From Bigelowiella natans CCMP2755 (taxonomy: Eukaryota > Protista > Cercozoa): a DNA stretch of 64,000 nt. Below, in pieces: positions 39,898 through 54,206 of this stretch. The notes beneath the pieces are model-generated. The model ran no database searches, was not told where the DNA came from, and saw nothing but the letters and a program-made list of their open reading frames with translations. Location of the stretch: the NCBI GenBank assembly GCA_000320545.1, contig ADNK01001639.1, positions 2,404 through 66,403 of the forward strand. Direction: 5' to 3'. The position numbers and the translations under genes are program-made. Each line of letters begins with the position of its first letter. Position 1 is the first letter of the stretch.

Positions 39898-41113
39898 TAC
39901 ATATAATTTTTTAATAATTATGTATAATTATTATCATATAGTTTTTCGTGGAGCACAGCGCTTGTGACAACCATCATCATTATCATCATCATCATCATCC
40001 TTATCCACTGCCCATCGTAAATACACACACACACACACACACTACTGCTTACTACCTCTGAGGATCTTTGAGGCTGGCCCCATAGTACCTCACGGTATTC
40101 ACCTCTCCAGAGCTTAGCGAAATGCGCCTAATCTCAAATCCCTTCGCGACTGATGACCCGAAACGCCCTAGTGATGTAGTCGTGAGCCCCCCCCAACCCC
40201 CCCCCCCCCCCCCCCCACCTCCCTATCCCTCCTCCTCTTGTATCGAGCACGTAGATGTCGCCGCTCTTATCGACGGCCACGTCTTTTGGACCCCAGAATC
40301 TTATCATACAGCAGAAGATGATGCGAATGATAATGATGAGGATGATGGATGATGAGAATGATGATGATGATGATGATGATGATTATCCTTCCTGCAAACG
40401 TTTGTAGCAGTATTATTTCGTTGGCGACTACCTCGCTGAGGAGACAGGCCCATCTGTGCCTCCTTGTTGTCCACATCCAGCAATCTCAAAGCATAGCAAA
40501 TACGCACGCAAACACAATCACAATCACACACACAGACACACAGATGGAGAGAGTACGATAGCATTGCACATACTTGCTACTTGGTGCCTGTGATGTATCC
40601 AATCATCCCCCCCCCCCCCCCCCCCCCCCCTCCCCAAAATCTCTTCTGCTACCAGCTCAATGCTAAGTTGCTTACCTCAGTGATAGCGCCACCGAGCTTT
40701 GGTGAAACACGGCATATGCGAAAACCGCGTGAATCAGCCACTATCACATCACCTGTTGTGTTAGTATAGGTCAATTCCTCTCCTCATTATCCTCCTCCTC
40801 CTCCCCTCCCTCTACGGGTTCTTTGCTGAAGCAAAAAGCATCACTTCCATTGTGCTTACAACACCGTCAAAAACGCCACATCAAAGTCGGCCAAATACAG
40901 TGCGCATGGTGTATTTTGCGGATCTCATCATCATCATCATCATCATCATCGTCGTCGTCGTCGGCATGGCAATCCGATCATCACTCCTCTCATGATAACC
41001 ATTACCACTCCACGTACACGCCACCGCAGAAGGCACGGCAAAAGCACCTGAGGATGTAATGACAAAACGAATTGAATACAGGCATACCCATATAATAAAT
41101 AAATAAATAAATA

Positions 41114-41155
<42 letters not shown>

Positions 41156-41526
41156 TATACTCACCAGCAGCTGTAACTGAGTGCTGTAGTAGTAGTACGC
41201 AGAAGCAAGTGACGGTGATGATATCCGAGGCGCGATGAAGAAGAAAACAGCCAGCGCAGTGCAGCAATTGTAGTCGCGGAAACCAACAATTTCGAGGAGA
41301 AACAAACACAAAATAAACAGCTCAATCAGCATACTATTTCTGATGATAATGTCTCTCCTTAGACCACACGCCCCCCCACTTTCCCCTGAATGCCCTTCCC
41401 CCTGCGCGTAAAATAACCGTTTCTCCATGAGCCGACACGCGTCTTATCGCACCATTGCCCTATTATTTTTAAGTTGAAGAGCCAAATAGTAAGTTGTCAT
41501 GCTATATATTTATAAATTACAGAGAC

Positions 41527-41575
<49 letters not shown>

Positions 41576-41988
41576 TGCTTGGTATAGCGGGTACGAAGAG
41601 TAGCAGCTTTTCTGTTTTCCCATTAAATATGCGGTTTATTTATGCCTGTCGGCAGCTTTTAAATGCAATCTGTTTCTCGACTCTCTCTCTCTCTCTCGCT
41701 CGTCTCCCTTGCATGCCTAGCTTCCCAAATCATCATCACTTGCGCGCAACAACACCGTCCAAGATGCGCTACTATTGATTCATCCCTTTTGCGTTCATTT
41801 ATTGGCGAGTGTACATACGCACGTACGAGATATTGCTCTCTGTTGTAGTCATGTGGAAATAGGGATATGCTGTTTCTATATCCCGCCTCTCTCTCTCTCT
41901 CGATCATGTTAGTACCGTATCAGCGATGTATAGATTTCCCTCTGGATCGATGGCCACGCCGTGAGGGTATCTTGCAAAGCGCAGTCAT

Positions 41989-42030
<42 letters not shown>

Positions 42031-43593
42031 CCGTCAAATGGAAGAAGAATTAAGAAATAAAACCGTGCTGCATCGGAGGAGGGGGGGGGGGGGGGGGAGG
42101 GAGAAAAAGAGGAGGGGGAATATCACCTGAACCGCGCTGTAGTCGATGACCCCTGTGATGATGATAAAACGATTTGTGCGAGGATGCGATTTAGTTGACA
42201 TTCAGATCACAGTGATGGTGATGGCTGAATGAAAATGACGACAACGACGACTATGAAGAGGGGGAGAGAGATGGATAGATAGATATATAGAGAGATGGAG
42301 AGAGAGAGAGAGAGGGAGAGAGAAAGAGTAGGAGGGATATAATCTGTCGCTAACGACAACTAAACATCCAACGTTTTTTCTCGCAAATGCATTGGCAGCT
42401 CACACAGAATTATCAATTCCATAGTGATTATGAACGGCTTATTACGTCCATGAGTCCCATGCGACCCAGGCCACCAGCAACCGTCCATACTTGTCCTCCT
42501 GTGGGGGGGGGAAGAATGGTATTGCTCTTTAGCTGCAGTGTGCGTGGATGCTGCTGCTAATTGACCGCAATCGCCATAGCTAGCTATGCACAACAAGAAC
42601 AAGAACAAGAACAACAACAACAACAACAATCTCCTTTTCTTCTCTTCTTTTCTTATATTTCCGCTTCTTCTCTACTTCTCTGCTGCTGGTGGTGGTGGTG
42701 GTGGTGCTAGTACCTGGAGAGATAGCTCTTATACTATGTTCTTCCGAGCAAGCAGTGTAGACAGTTCCCTTAATATTATCAAGGTGAAATGATGAAATGA
42801 TGAAATCATGATGAGGAAGAAGAAGAAGAAGATGATGATGATGATGATGTGACGATGATGACACTAATCGATTAGAGGAAATATGGTAAGAGTCTTATTC
42901 TCACATATCCTTTCTTTCTCTCTCTCTCCTCCTCTCGCAAAAGCAGTAAAAAAAACATCAATAAAACTCTGGCCTCGCCGAGTATCATCGTCGGCATGAG
43001 GTTTTGCACCCTGAGGCCCGAAGCTCACCAGATCACACACCACGAACAACGGCCCTCTCTCAGGACACGCCAATACGATTTGCCATTCTCTCACACTCTT
43101 CTCACCTCACTATCTAGAATCATTGCTCTCGGCGTGTGAAAACGCGCTAATTCGCCGAAGCCGTCCTTTCCCTCCTTTCCCCCGAGCAAGGGGTCGTCAT
43201 CGTCGTCGCCATCTTCTCCTGCATATCCTTCTCGATTGAAGCCGCCGCCGCACCCCCCCGCCCACGTCGTGAGGAGGTACCGCTCAGGAGCTGCATGATA
43301 CGAAATGGTGATGGGCGCGTGTCAGCCAAGAGAAATGACTAGACAGGACAGCATTGCTATCATCATCATCATCACCATCACCACCTGACAGCGTTATGTT
43401 CCATATCTACATGCGCTTGTCTCACACAAATCATCGTCGTCTACACAGAGCTTTGCTGACCGAGTGATAGCCCCGTGTCAAACCGCTTATCAGATGGGCC
43501 GAGCGACGACGACGACGACTGTCGGAACCTGCATAGTTCATGGAACATGAGGACGAGGAGGATGAGGATGAGGATGATGATGATGATGATGAC

Positions 43594-43626
<33 letters not shown>

Positions 43627-44127
43627 AATGGTTTCAATCGGGGGAAGAACTCAAGATCTCCGCACCTTTTTTTGATCTGAGAATCTTGTTTTTCGCCGAG
43701 GAGGCTGCCCCCCTCCTGGGAGGAGAAGCCAAATAACCGCTCCGTCGCTTGGGTCAGTAGCTGTTGTTGTTGTTGTTGTTGTTGTTGTTGGTTATTGTTA
43801 GTGCTGTTATCGTGCCGTCCATTTTCACACCGCCAAACATCAGCACCATTCAATTAGAAACCGGGAGAGCGACACTGACTTCGTTGATATTTTCCCATGA
43901 TTGTTTGTCTGGTTTCTACGATGCTCGTTGCTACCTGCGTGCCATAAGGTTCCATCCCAGTTGTCTCATCGTCAGCGCGGCCGGCCTCTTCCGAGTTGAT
44001 CTCTTCCGCCACCTTCGCAGCATAGATGTGTTTGGTTGTGTCGCATCTCAGTTAGGATGGATGACTGCTTTGTCATGCCTCCGCGCGTATGTTGATGGGA
44101 GATCGAATACATGGCCGGGTATATAAT

Positions 44128-44162
<35 letters not shown>

Positions 44163-44418
44163 TATATTTATAGATCATGTATTGTGAAATGGGATGCGCT
44201 ATATGTTTCATAGGGCAACGATCGATTTCGAGCACCAACTTCGGTGATAGTAGTACCATCGAGTTTGCTAGGGGGATCGCCCCCCCTCCCCTGAGCGGTG
44301 GCACCTGCGAGTTGCCGTGTTGTCGTATCAGTCGGAAGAAGCGGTTACAGGAAGTAGCAGCGGGGATAAATCGTTTTGGAGAAGACATCAGACATGACAA
44401 CAACATGCGCTACTACAG

Positions 44419-44456
<38 letters not shown>

Positions 44457-44599
44457 TCTCTCTTTCTTTTCCAACCTCAAAAGTGAACGACAAGCTATCT
44501 TTCACTGCCAGCATGCTGGACACCTGTCAGCGACCAAGCGCGTGAGAGAACGAACGTGCAACAAGGGGGGGAGGTCATCGCAGCGATCGGAAATCCATT

Positions 44600-44638
<39 letters not shown>

Positions 44639-44832
44639 AAATATTGAATTTTTCAGCAAACATGTGTGTAGTATGATGATGGGGGGCAGGCGCAGAAATG
44701 CACGCACCAGATTTCGGAACGCCTTTTGATCTCGCATGAAGCCCTGGGTATGAACCATGAAAAGGACAACGCATCGACTCATCTCTCACAGCTATTTATA
44801 TACCGATGAATATGCATATAATATATACACAT

Positions 44833-44868
<36 letters not shown>

Positions 44869-45086
44869 GCTGCTACGATATAGAGCTGCTGGTAGATAGA
44901 GCGCTACCACCTTGGTCATATCAATCGTTTCGACTTTAAGCAATATCCACCCCTCGCACACCTGCAAGAAGCAGCGCCACACACACACACACATACACAC
45001 ACACACACACACACGCACACACACACACACACACACACAAGGGGGAAGCTTTAGCAAGATCCATGGAATATGCAAGACGTCGTTTA

Positions 45087-45129
<43 letters not shown>

Positions 45130-45374
45130 TGTGATTATCAGCAGCAAAATCGATGTTACAAGAAGATGTGGGTGCGAGATAGTACCCCGAGTCGTTCAGC
45201 TGCACTTCCAACACCACTGCAAATGCAATATACAGCACCGGAGCCATCACCAACGCATGAGGGCGACGCATATGTTTATTTTTCGGAAGTCGTATGTGGA
45301 AGAATACATCGATCGCATATATGTCGTGAATGCTCTAGTGGTGGCGATGTGAGTAGTAGTAAGAGTAGTTAGTT

Positions 45375-45407
<33 letters not shown>

Positions 45408-46423
45408 ATACCGATAAACATACTCAACGGCTAGCCGCCCGTCATTTTCTGAGAAATGAACGAATGGGATCGTGATGACGGTGATAATGATGATGATGAT
45501 GATGACGATGATGATGATTAATAATAATGCGCCGCAGCTTTGAAAGTGGCAATAGTATTGCACTAGTATTGGATATAGAATTGAGCACAATTTCGTATAG
45601 TTGTCGTGTGTGCATGATGAGATAAGACCTGCTCCTCCTCCTCTCCCCCCCCCTCTCGGCTGCTGTGGAGTCATCATCTTCGCAACATCGAAGCCCATCT
45701 CCATCCAACTGCCAATACCCTCAAAACCCAGAGTGAGAACGCCGCCGTTCTTCAGCACCCCCCCCCCATCTACCCCCTGGTCCAAAATGGCCGCTGCTGC
45801 TGCGGCAGCTGCCTCCTGGAAGGGGTGCTGATACTGTTGTTTCTGTTGCGGGAGAGGATGAGTTTGACGGCGAAAGCTCTCGGGTGCATGCCCGAATCTG
45901 TGCAGAAATGATGTCGCAGTAGCGCCATAACCACCCCCGCCCCTACCCTTATCAGCGACATTTTGCCCCGGTTTTGTAGCGGAGTAGTGCTGCTGCTGCT
46001 GCTGTGGTGAGAGTGCCAAGGCCGGGGGGGCTCGGTGAATCGATACGTTCTCATACCTGCAGTAATTCAACGCATGCAAAAAGGCAGTAGACGTGTAGGA
46101 CACTGAGGCTCGTTTCGACTCCCAACCGAAGCAGATGCCCCCCCCCCCCCCCCCACACACACAATCAAGAGAGACAACGCACCCAGAAGAAGCTATCATC
46201 ATCTTTGGCAAAAGAGCCTCTGGCACCATGGCTGACTCCGCACCGGTCACAATGGCTGCCGCAGCTGCTGCAGCAGCGGGTTTGTTGTCAACCGGAGTAG
46301 CAGCAATCGCTGCCTCGACGGGGGTGGCGGCCGTGGTGGTTGCAATAGCCTCCTACTCATTTATTTTATCCATTTAGTGTATTGCTTCATCAGGAGTGAC
46401 CCACGCGAAGGTTGGAGGCTTAA

Positions 46424-46455
<32 letters not shown>

Positions 46456-47638
46456 TATGTACACTATGGGCGGTGATTGGTAGCTCGAAGGCGGGTTATT
46501 ATTCTTGGATATGGCGATACCTTTGGTGGGGAAACAGATCCAGACTTTCCCATGAGCGATGCGACGATGTAGCCCTGCATAGTGATAGAAGAAGCCACCA
46601 TTAACGAGATCTCCATGGCTACTAGCATTCAGAACGAGCGACAACGTAATACTCAGAAAAGCAAAGCTCATGTTCAAAGAAGGGGGAGGGGGAGTCTGGA
46701 GGAGGTACAACGACCTGTTCTTGTCCAACTTGCTGTTGTGTAGTAGGTAGATACGGCGTTCCATTATCAACGGCAGATGCCCTTCCCTGAGAAGACAATA
46801 ATCGGACTTCCTTCAGTGAGGATGAGGCGGGGGCGGCCGCAGTAGTAAATTGGCTTGCTACTTTGAAGGTACCGACCGAGGTAAACTTAGATCCTTTCCC
46901 CATTGCATTTCGGGTCTGCTCTGTGAGCAGTATGTTGTCGTTGGCACCACCGCCCATCATCTTCATCGCCAAACGCTCATCGTCAAATTGGTGGCGGGAG
47001 GAGGATTGTGGGCTGCCGTTGGAGCGTTGGTGGGAAACAAGCTCTTTGTCCATTTCTTCATCTTCTACATCTTCGCTTTGGCCGACAAGATAGCGACTGC
47101 TTGTCTCGCCATCTTGGCGGTGTCCACGAGCATCTCTCGCCGCCGCCGCCTCCTCCTCCTCCTTAGCTTTGGCTTTCTCCTCCTCCTCCTCTTTTTTCGA
47201 GGCTGAAAGCAGTGTCTTCCATATGTCCTCGGAGCTCGCTTCGGAGTTTCCACCTCCAGCCTCCTCATCTCCCAAAACTTTCGCTTTCAGGCCATTCGAC
47301 CCTCCTTCAGAACGATGCTGATAAGAATCAGCAAGATCATCGTCGTCGTTGGCTGTCTTCTTGCCTGGCGCTTCTCTGGCTGAACGCCGGGCTGCATTAT
47401 TAGAAGCAGAAACAGAGGAAGCTCTTGATTTCGATGGTGCGGTAGCAGCCACAGCTGCCGGTGCTCCTAAGTTAGGAGGAAGGCCAGCTCTAGGAAGCAC
47501 TTTCCGCCCAAAGGACGACGACGATGATGATAAAATGTCGCTGAAAGAGAGCCATACTATCGCCTCCAAGAACAAGAGGACCAATGCCAGCTTTCGTCTC
47601 CACCACCGAGCTGGCCTCTGCTGTTCAAAGGGGTACAT
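35738..47638 (-). CDS. Large NHL-repeat (beta-propeller) protein with N-terminal hydrophobic leader and low-complexity linkers; may be two genes
   Basis: NHL exons between 38.7 and 43.3 kb: GKDGFGELARFHTPRAMILDSE/GTVYTACSEEHSIRAISP/GGQVWTVAGG, ARFR/YPHGVAIDPEGNLYIADT, GDVIVADSRGFRICRV, IAGCGQQGGTDGPVSSAR/FWGPKDVAVDKSGDIY, LALDPSGNLYVSEARGRRIR/KITPEGV, GHADGWRERALFHTPYG/LAFDPVGVLYIGD. The 5' exon is ORF 46622..47638 (MYPFEQQRPARWWRRKLALVLLFLEAIVWLSFS). Both ends and the continuity between segments are tentative. Confidence 0.65.
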
Positions 47639-48326
47639 GCAATCCCTTGGCGGAGCTGAGAAACAACAAAAGAACCTATCAGGTCAGTGGGTAACTGCAA
47701 AGCAGAGAGCATCTATGCTATCGACAAAGCCCCTTTTCTCCGAACATCGAGCCATTCTCAAATACAATCTAAGACAGTGTTTTCAATCTTACGTCGGTTT
47801 GCAATTTCTTCCTCCGCCGCCGCCTCCTCCAGCTGACCAGCCCCCCTTTTAAAGTTGTAGGTTTCTCCAGATCGGTCGGTCGGGTCGGCTTCGGTCGAGG
47901 AGGAAGAGAAAGTGTTTTTCGAATAAAACCCGCCAAACATCCAAGATTTAATTTCTAAACATTACCCAAATTTATGAGGAACAGCCCTGAACGAAGTCTC
48001 CGCAGCAGGGGGAAAAATGGCGACGCGCAAGGGTTAGTCTCGGTAAACAATCCGATGGAAACTCCCAACACAAGGCCAACACAAAAGCCAACAGCGCGAG
48101 ACCTCCAGAGCGTGCGATGTCTCCGGAAGATCTCCTGATTTTATGTTGGTGGGCCATCGACTGGGGGAAAGCCTCCGAAACCCTTGTCGCAGGGATAAAT
48201 TGCAGTGCGTTTCCATATCGTCGATGGATGCCATGCTCCAATACCCAACCGTGAGGGTCAAGCAGGTATGCCTGTTGCCCGAAGACGAAGAGGAGAGAAC
48301 ATCTCCTTACAAGTGCGTGGCGCGTC

Positions 48327-49109
48327 ATGTCCAGCCTTTCTCTTGTCCCCCCAAGAGCAAGCGTGATGAGCAGCAGGAAGAAAAGGGGGAAGAGCGCCCC
48401 GTCGTCATCATCGCCGGTGGTCGCAAGGGGGGTCGCCAGCAGCCAGGCGGAAAATTCATGCACGTGCTCGCGGATAGTTGCTCTTGGCTCGTCCACCCCA
48501 TCGTCGACGTGCAATCTGTTACCGATTCGTCGAAGGGGAAGGGGAACATCGGCGTGCTGTGTTTACGAGGTATGTCGTTAAGCATTGCTCCATTGCTACC
48601 CTGTCGCACCTACATGTTGGACTTCCCCCAAACAGGTTATTATGAGGAGTAAATCGCTACCGGAGGGGAAAAAGAAGGGGTGTGAGTGCGCCAATATGAT
48701 CTCCTCGCAGCTGACGTCGGGAAGAAGCCAAGGCCGTGCGGATGGAAAGTCGCAGCGCGGCGACGGAAGTAGAGCAGACCAGTTCAAAGAAAAGGAAGAA
48801 GAAAAGCAGCAGCAGAATATCGGTGGAAACCAGAAAAAACGGCAACAAAATATGCTCGCCGTTGTGAAAGTATATCGTGCAGAGGAGAGATACCAAAGGT
48901 CATTAATTAACGAATTAGACGATTCCATTCCGGATTGCTTCATTAAAAGGCCATGTTTTGTTCTAAGGCAAGCGAGAGAGGAGATAAGCAACCTGAGATC
49001 TTTAAGAAATTGCCCACATGTCACACGGCTTTATGACTCTTTCGAATATCAAGGATCGGTAAAAGCTTCAGCGTGTGCATAGTTATAGCGAGAGAGTTTG
49101 TGAGAGAAA

Positions 49110-49152
<43 letters not shown>

Positions 49153-52100
49153 AGTCCTCACTTCAATGGCACCCTTGTCACCTCCCCCCGCCCTCCCAAC
49201 TGCCCCTGCTACTCATGCCTCTGGGATTTACTTCTTCCTCTCCTCCTACTTCAACAACAACAACAACAACAACAACAACACTACTACAAAGGCATGCCTG
49301 GTCCTTGAGAAATGCTCGCACACGTTACAAGAGCTGCTGTGGGCCACGGGAGGTTTCGGAAGCTCTCCAGAAATGATTCGATACATTTTTAGCCAGGTAG
49401 AACCAGAAGGTGATGATCTTTGAACGCTGAGAACTCCGCGGCCGCCTCCTTGTGCTGAGGGTTGCGCCTTCTATCACTGCCGCAGCTGCTGCTGCGACTA
49501 CGTACCTGCCAAGATCTTCTTCAGCACATGACCCTATGGCTAACAAATAACGAATTCTGATGCAATATTTTGTAGATTCTGGACGGGGTCGATGCGATTC
49601 ATAGTGCGGGGTTTTGCCATGGAGACCTGAAGCCAAGTAGAAGAACGAGAGGAGCTTGATGCTACAAACCTCCTCTGCCTTCTTCTTCTTCTTATTTATT
49701 TATTTATTTTTTTAATTTTTAATAATCGGTTTCAAATGACAGGCAATATCGGCTGGATCGCTGATTCAGTCTCTGTCCGCATTCTCGATTTTGGCCTTAC
49801 TTTCAGTTTTGAGGTCATATATTTGGGAAACGGCGGCAGCAACAAGCCTCTTCCTTACTCCTCTTCCTCCTCTCCCCCCTTTACCTATTAATATACTTCG
49901 TATGTTACATCCATTTATTATACTAAATGCTGCTCTACTACACCTTTTATTATTATTATTACTACTACTATTACTCAGAAAGGGCCTCACCACTGTATTG
50001 AAACACGAGGCTACCGTTCCCCAGAAGCAAGCTGCTGGAACGCCATCGTATCTGGCCGAGCTATCACGATAGGAAGGCGGGGGACCAGGAAAAGAAGAGG
50101 GGCGACAGCGAAGTGCAAGACAACAGCTAAAGCATCATCAAGGCTGGAAGGATCGGGCATTACCCTCCAACAGCAACAGCAGCGAAAGGAGGGGGGGGGC
50201 GAGCCGCAAGTCCCAATGATCAAAGAGCGGCTGCTGCCGCTAATCCATGCTGGGGTTGATGTCTTTGCCATCGGCGTGATTGGGTGTCAGGTGATGTTAA
50301 AGTTTTCTTGGAATGATGATGTTTTGCCGGAAGAGATGATATGAAGGGCAGCATGAAGCGGCAACCGAAGAACTTTGGGGGGAGGGGGGGGGTCAAAGCG
50401 GGGGGCGGAGGGGCTTTGACTTGTTCGTTAGAGCCATGGGAACACTAAGAGCAGGAGGGCACTTGGCCAGCGAGCCCGAGAGGATTTTGGCATTATTTAC
50501 TCTAATAGCAACCTTGCAAGTGACGCCCCGGATATAGCGCTCTCGTTGAACCTCTAAAAGGAGTAGTTAGTTGTCAGAACGACCCCACTCGACTGATTTT
50601 CCCTCCCCCTCCTCCTCCTCCTCCTCCTCTTCCGTGCTTCTCCGTGCTTCTCCGCTTCTCCTGCTACTCAGCTTTCTGATATGCTTTGGAACCCTCCCAC
50701 TATTTTATCTCCCTCTTCTTCTTCTTCTTCTTCTTCTTCTTCTCCTTCTTCTTCTTCTTCTTCGTCGTCGTGTTCTTTCTCAGATGTTCTCATTGTCGTC
50801 GTTACGACCGTTCCCCCCCCTGCCCGAACCGCTTCATCTACGCCTCCCTTCAACACCGCCCCCACTCGCAGCCGTCCCTCCTCCTCCTCCTCCTCCTCCT
50901 CCTCCTTCTTCTTCTTCTTCTTCTTCTTCTTCTTCTTCTTCTTCTACACCCCCCCCCCCCGCCCCTCCTGCTCTTCCTAACCGCTTTCTGAAACACCAAA
51001 AGGCGCATTCGCACGACGAGGTGAATCGCAGCAGAAAAGCTAGCAGCAGCAGCAGCAATGCGAATAGAAAGTACAGACCTGCCCTCCCTGCCGATGGCAC
51101 GCTATACTGTGCTGCTGCTAATAATAGTAATAACAGCAATGGAGCTATTCCCGGCGCCACTACCACCACCATTTCAGTTACCACCCCCATCACCACCAGC
51201 AGTGGTAGTAGCAGCGGCGACGTAGCTTCGCAGCAGGCGAGAAGGGCTCGGAAAGAGAAGAAGGAGAAGGAGGAGGAGGAGGAGGAGGAGGAGGAGGAGG
51301 AAAGAAAGATGAAGTTGCTGGGGCTGAAAGCTAACCCTGACGACGGCGACGATGGTGATAATGGGGATGATGGCAATGTTGGCAGCATCGAGTTTCGTGA
51401 GTGGTTGGGCGTTGTCCTTCCAGATGAAAGGAAAGGAGCACTCTTCAAGGTCTTTAGGGAGATTCTGCGAGGGTTTCTCATTCATCATCCCAACAGACGA
51501 CTGACTATAGCCAAAGCAAAGAAAATGCTGCTGCTGCTGCTGCTAAAGCGCGGGGCGAGAGAAAACAAGGAGGAAAGAGTCGTCGTTACCAGTAAACAAA
51601 AACGAGAGAAAGGCGAGGAAGAAGAGATAGAAGAGAGCGTGGAGGAGAGAGGAGGTAGTTGTGGGTAAGTCGGCTGAGGACATTAGATTCATCTCGTTCA
51701 GCTGTTGTTCTCACGCCATGTAATGTCATGGAGTGCAAGAAACACGTGTCCCTCCTTTCCTAGATACGAGCATTACTACTACAACTACTTCTACTGCTAC
51801 TGCTGCTGGGGCTACTGTAACATATATCATCATCATCATCATCATCAAAAACAACAACATCGCGACGAAATTAACTTATTAACTTAAACGTTTGTGATCA
51901 GAACCTCAGAAGTCTCCCGGTGAGGCTGCCCTCATCCGTCGTCATCGCCGTTCTCACCTATGCGTTCACGGTCATATTGTTTATTTATGAAATCCAGTTG
52001 AAGGATATATCCTTCACGAAGAAGATGCCGTTGTCACGGCATCATCACGACAGCATCTGTTATTGTTTCACGGCATAAATAACCGCTAAAGAACACTTCA

Positions 52101-52187
52101 CCATCTAATATATCTGCATAGCCGTGTTGCCTACTCATATTGTTGTTGTTGTTGTTGTTGTTGTTTCACATGTTTAAATATTTCTCA

Positions 52188-52221
<34 letters not shown>

Positions 52222-52590
52222 TGTCGCCGCCGTGCTTGCAATTATCTAGTATGGACGATACCGACGCCAACGATGATGCTTGTTGGGATCCTCACGGTGA
52301 GTTTCTAAAGCTCATAATTACCACCACCGAAGTCATTAATTACATAATTGTAGCGGCAGCTCTAAGCCAGGTGTTGCTGCAAAATTTCATCCCCCCCCCC
52401 CCCCCTCTCTATGGCAAGCACAATCGCTAGTTTAGATGCGTCTCCGAATCAAATATACAGGGATCCGAGTTCAGTGATGAGGATGCCGAGGACGTGCTAG
52501 AAGATGTGGGGGAGAGGTACATGCACTAATCGTCAAGTCGCCTTTTTGAGATGTGTTTTGTCATCTAAGTGTGCTCGTAACTAGTTTATT

Positions 52591-52646
<56 letters not shown>

Positions 52647-53294
52647 AGATAGTATACAGCAGCTTAACTTTCTCCCCCTCCCCGAATTCTGTTCGAATAC
52701 GTTTTGTTGGTCTGCCTTCAGGTGCGGGACATATGGCGCCGTTCTCGGCGTCAGACTAGCCTTCACGAATATAGCTTCTGAGGGTGGTGAAATCAGCAGC
52801 AGCAGCAGCAGTAAGGGCGACCGCAGTGGTGACAACCAGCCATTGAATCGTCATCATCCCTGCATCCTCGTCTCATTCACACGGGCAGTTGATTGCCAAC
52901 GGTAACAACAAGAAAAGCGGCATAGTTACAAATGACCACACTCTTTCTGTAGAGATTATCTAATATCCCCCCCCTCCCCTCCCCTCTCCCCCGCCTCTTC
53001 TCGTTCTCTGGGGGAGGTATTCCATGCAAGAGATACGAGATTGAACCGCGCCTATACTTGATGAATGCTCCCAACAGCTGTTTGCGCGTATTTCGAAAAA
53101 GTGATTAAGGAACTCACAGCAAACGTCGGCGTGCTCTTGTAGCTTGTCTTCAAATTTTCACCACCATACTGACATCATCGATTCACCAACATAAGCCACT
53201 GCTGTCTTGCATCAGGGCGGTCGCTGACATGCTAAAATCCACGTTTGAAGGGCGGCCAATCATTGCGGCTTTCACGCATGTTACGAATGAATGA
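48327..53294 (+). CDS. UHMK1: KIS/UHMK1-like Ser/Thr kinase with C-terminal UHM (RRM-like) domain
   Basis: Kinase motifs: GRGTSACCVYEV, AVVKVY, REEISNL, CLVLEKCSHTLQELL...MIRYIFSQ/ILDGVDAIHSAGFCHGDLKP/SNIGWIADSVSVRILDFGLTF, CIETRGYRSPE. UHM exons: LPVRLPSSVVIAVL, EDAEDVLEDVGER/CGTYGAVLGV, AVADMLKSTFEGRPIIAAF, with TGA at 53292-53294. These match remembered KIS motifs (HADLKPRNILWS, IDFGLSF, EDVVEDVKEECQKYG, FDGKFVVATF). Confidence 0.8.
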
Positions 53295-53999
53295 ACGAAG
53301 GCACCGCGAATGTTGTCATCAACGAGCTGGCGAGGATACCGGCACAAGCTTCAAGTCGTTCAAGTTTAAAAGAGAGCAGGAGAACACGAGTAGTAGCAGC
53401 AATATCGTTGCGTGGCTGGATAGTCAGAGTCTCATCTCACGCACTTTACCATTGGAAACAGGCAAACCCATCGACGATAGTTAGATATCAGCATCGAAAT
53501 TAAAAGTATGACTTTAATGTTACGCAGTATATTTTGGCGGCGAGTACTGAAATGCTGCTTTATGTGTGATGAGAGAGACGTATTGGTGCCGCGGACGTAC
53601 CACCACTACTACTACTAGCTACGACTACAAGACAAAGTGTGTGTGATTGAAATGCACGCGCGAGTCAGTGCAGGCCCGCAGTGATTAAGACGCCGTCTGC
53701 GTGCATCCTGTTCGTGTGCGCCACTGAAGGCAGCACACATGTATAGCTAGAATTCTATCTATTCTCGACGACACGTCAATGTGACATGCACATATGAGCA
53801 ATAACTCCCACGTTGCTCACCATGTACATGTATCTTAGACGGATCGATGTACTGAAACATCATGTGTTTCCATTTTTCAATAGTCGCTTCTAATTATGTA
53901 GCTATATGTATAAACAAAGCGGCGGCTCTAGGCTATAGCGCGAAGATTGCTGTGTCACATTGTACATGCACATTTAGATATGTGTATAATGTGTGTGTA

Positions 54000-54045
<46 letters not shown>

Positions 54046-54206
54046 GTGTGTGTGTCCGCAGCTGCAAAACGGTGTACTTACATCTAGACATACACACACA
54101 CACACACACACACGCTACTGGACACGTACAGTATTCATGCGTGTATAGAGCTACTCATTGAGATGCAAATCAAGTTTATAAATTTCTCATATGACATTTT
54201 AATTTC

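Noticed and set aside
48143-48652. 169-aa ORF as the kinase N-terminus
   Set aside because: Splicing at the 48570 donor in that frame hits a stop. The frame of ORF 48327..48581 supplies the Gly-rich loop and splices in phase.
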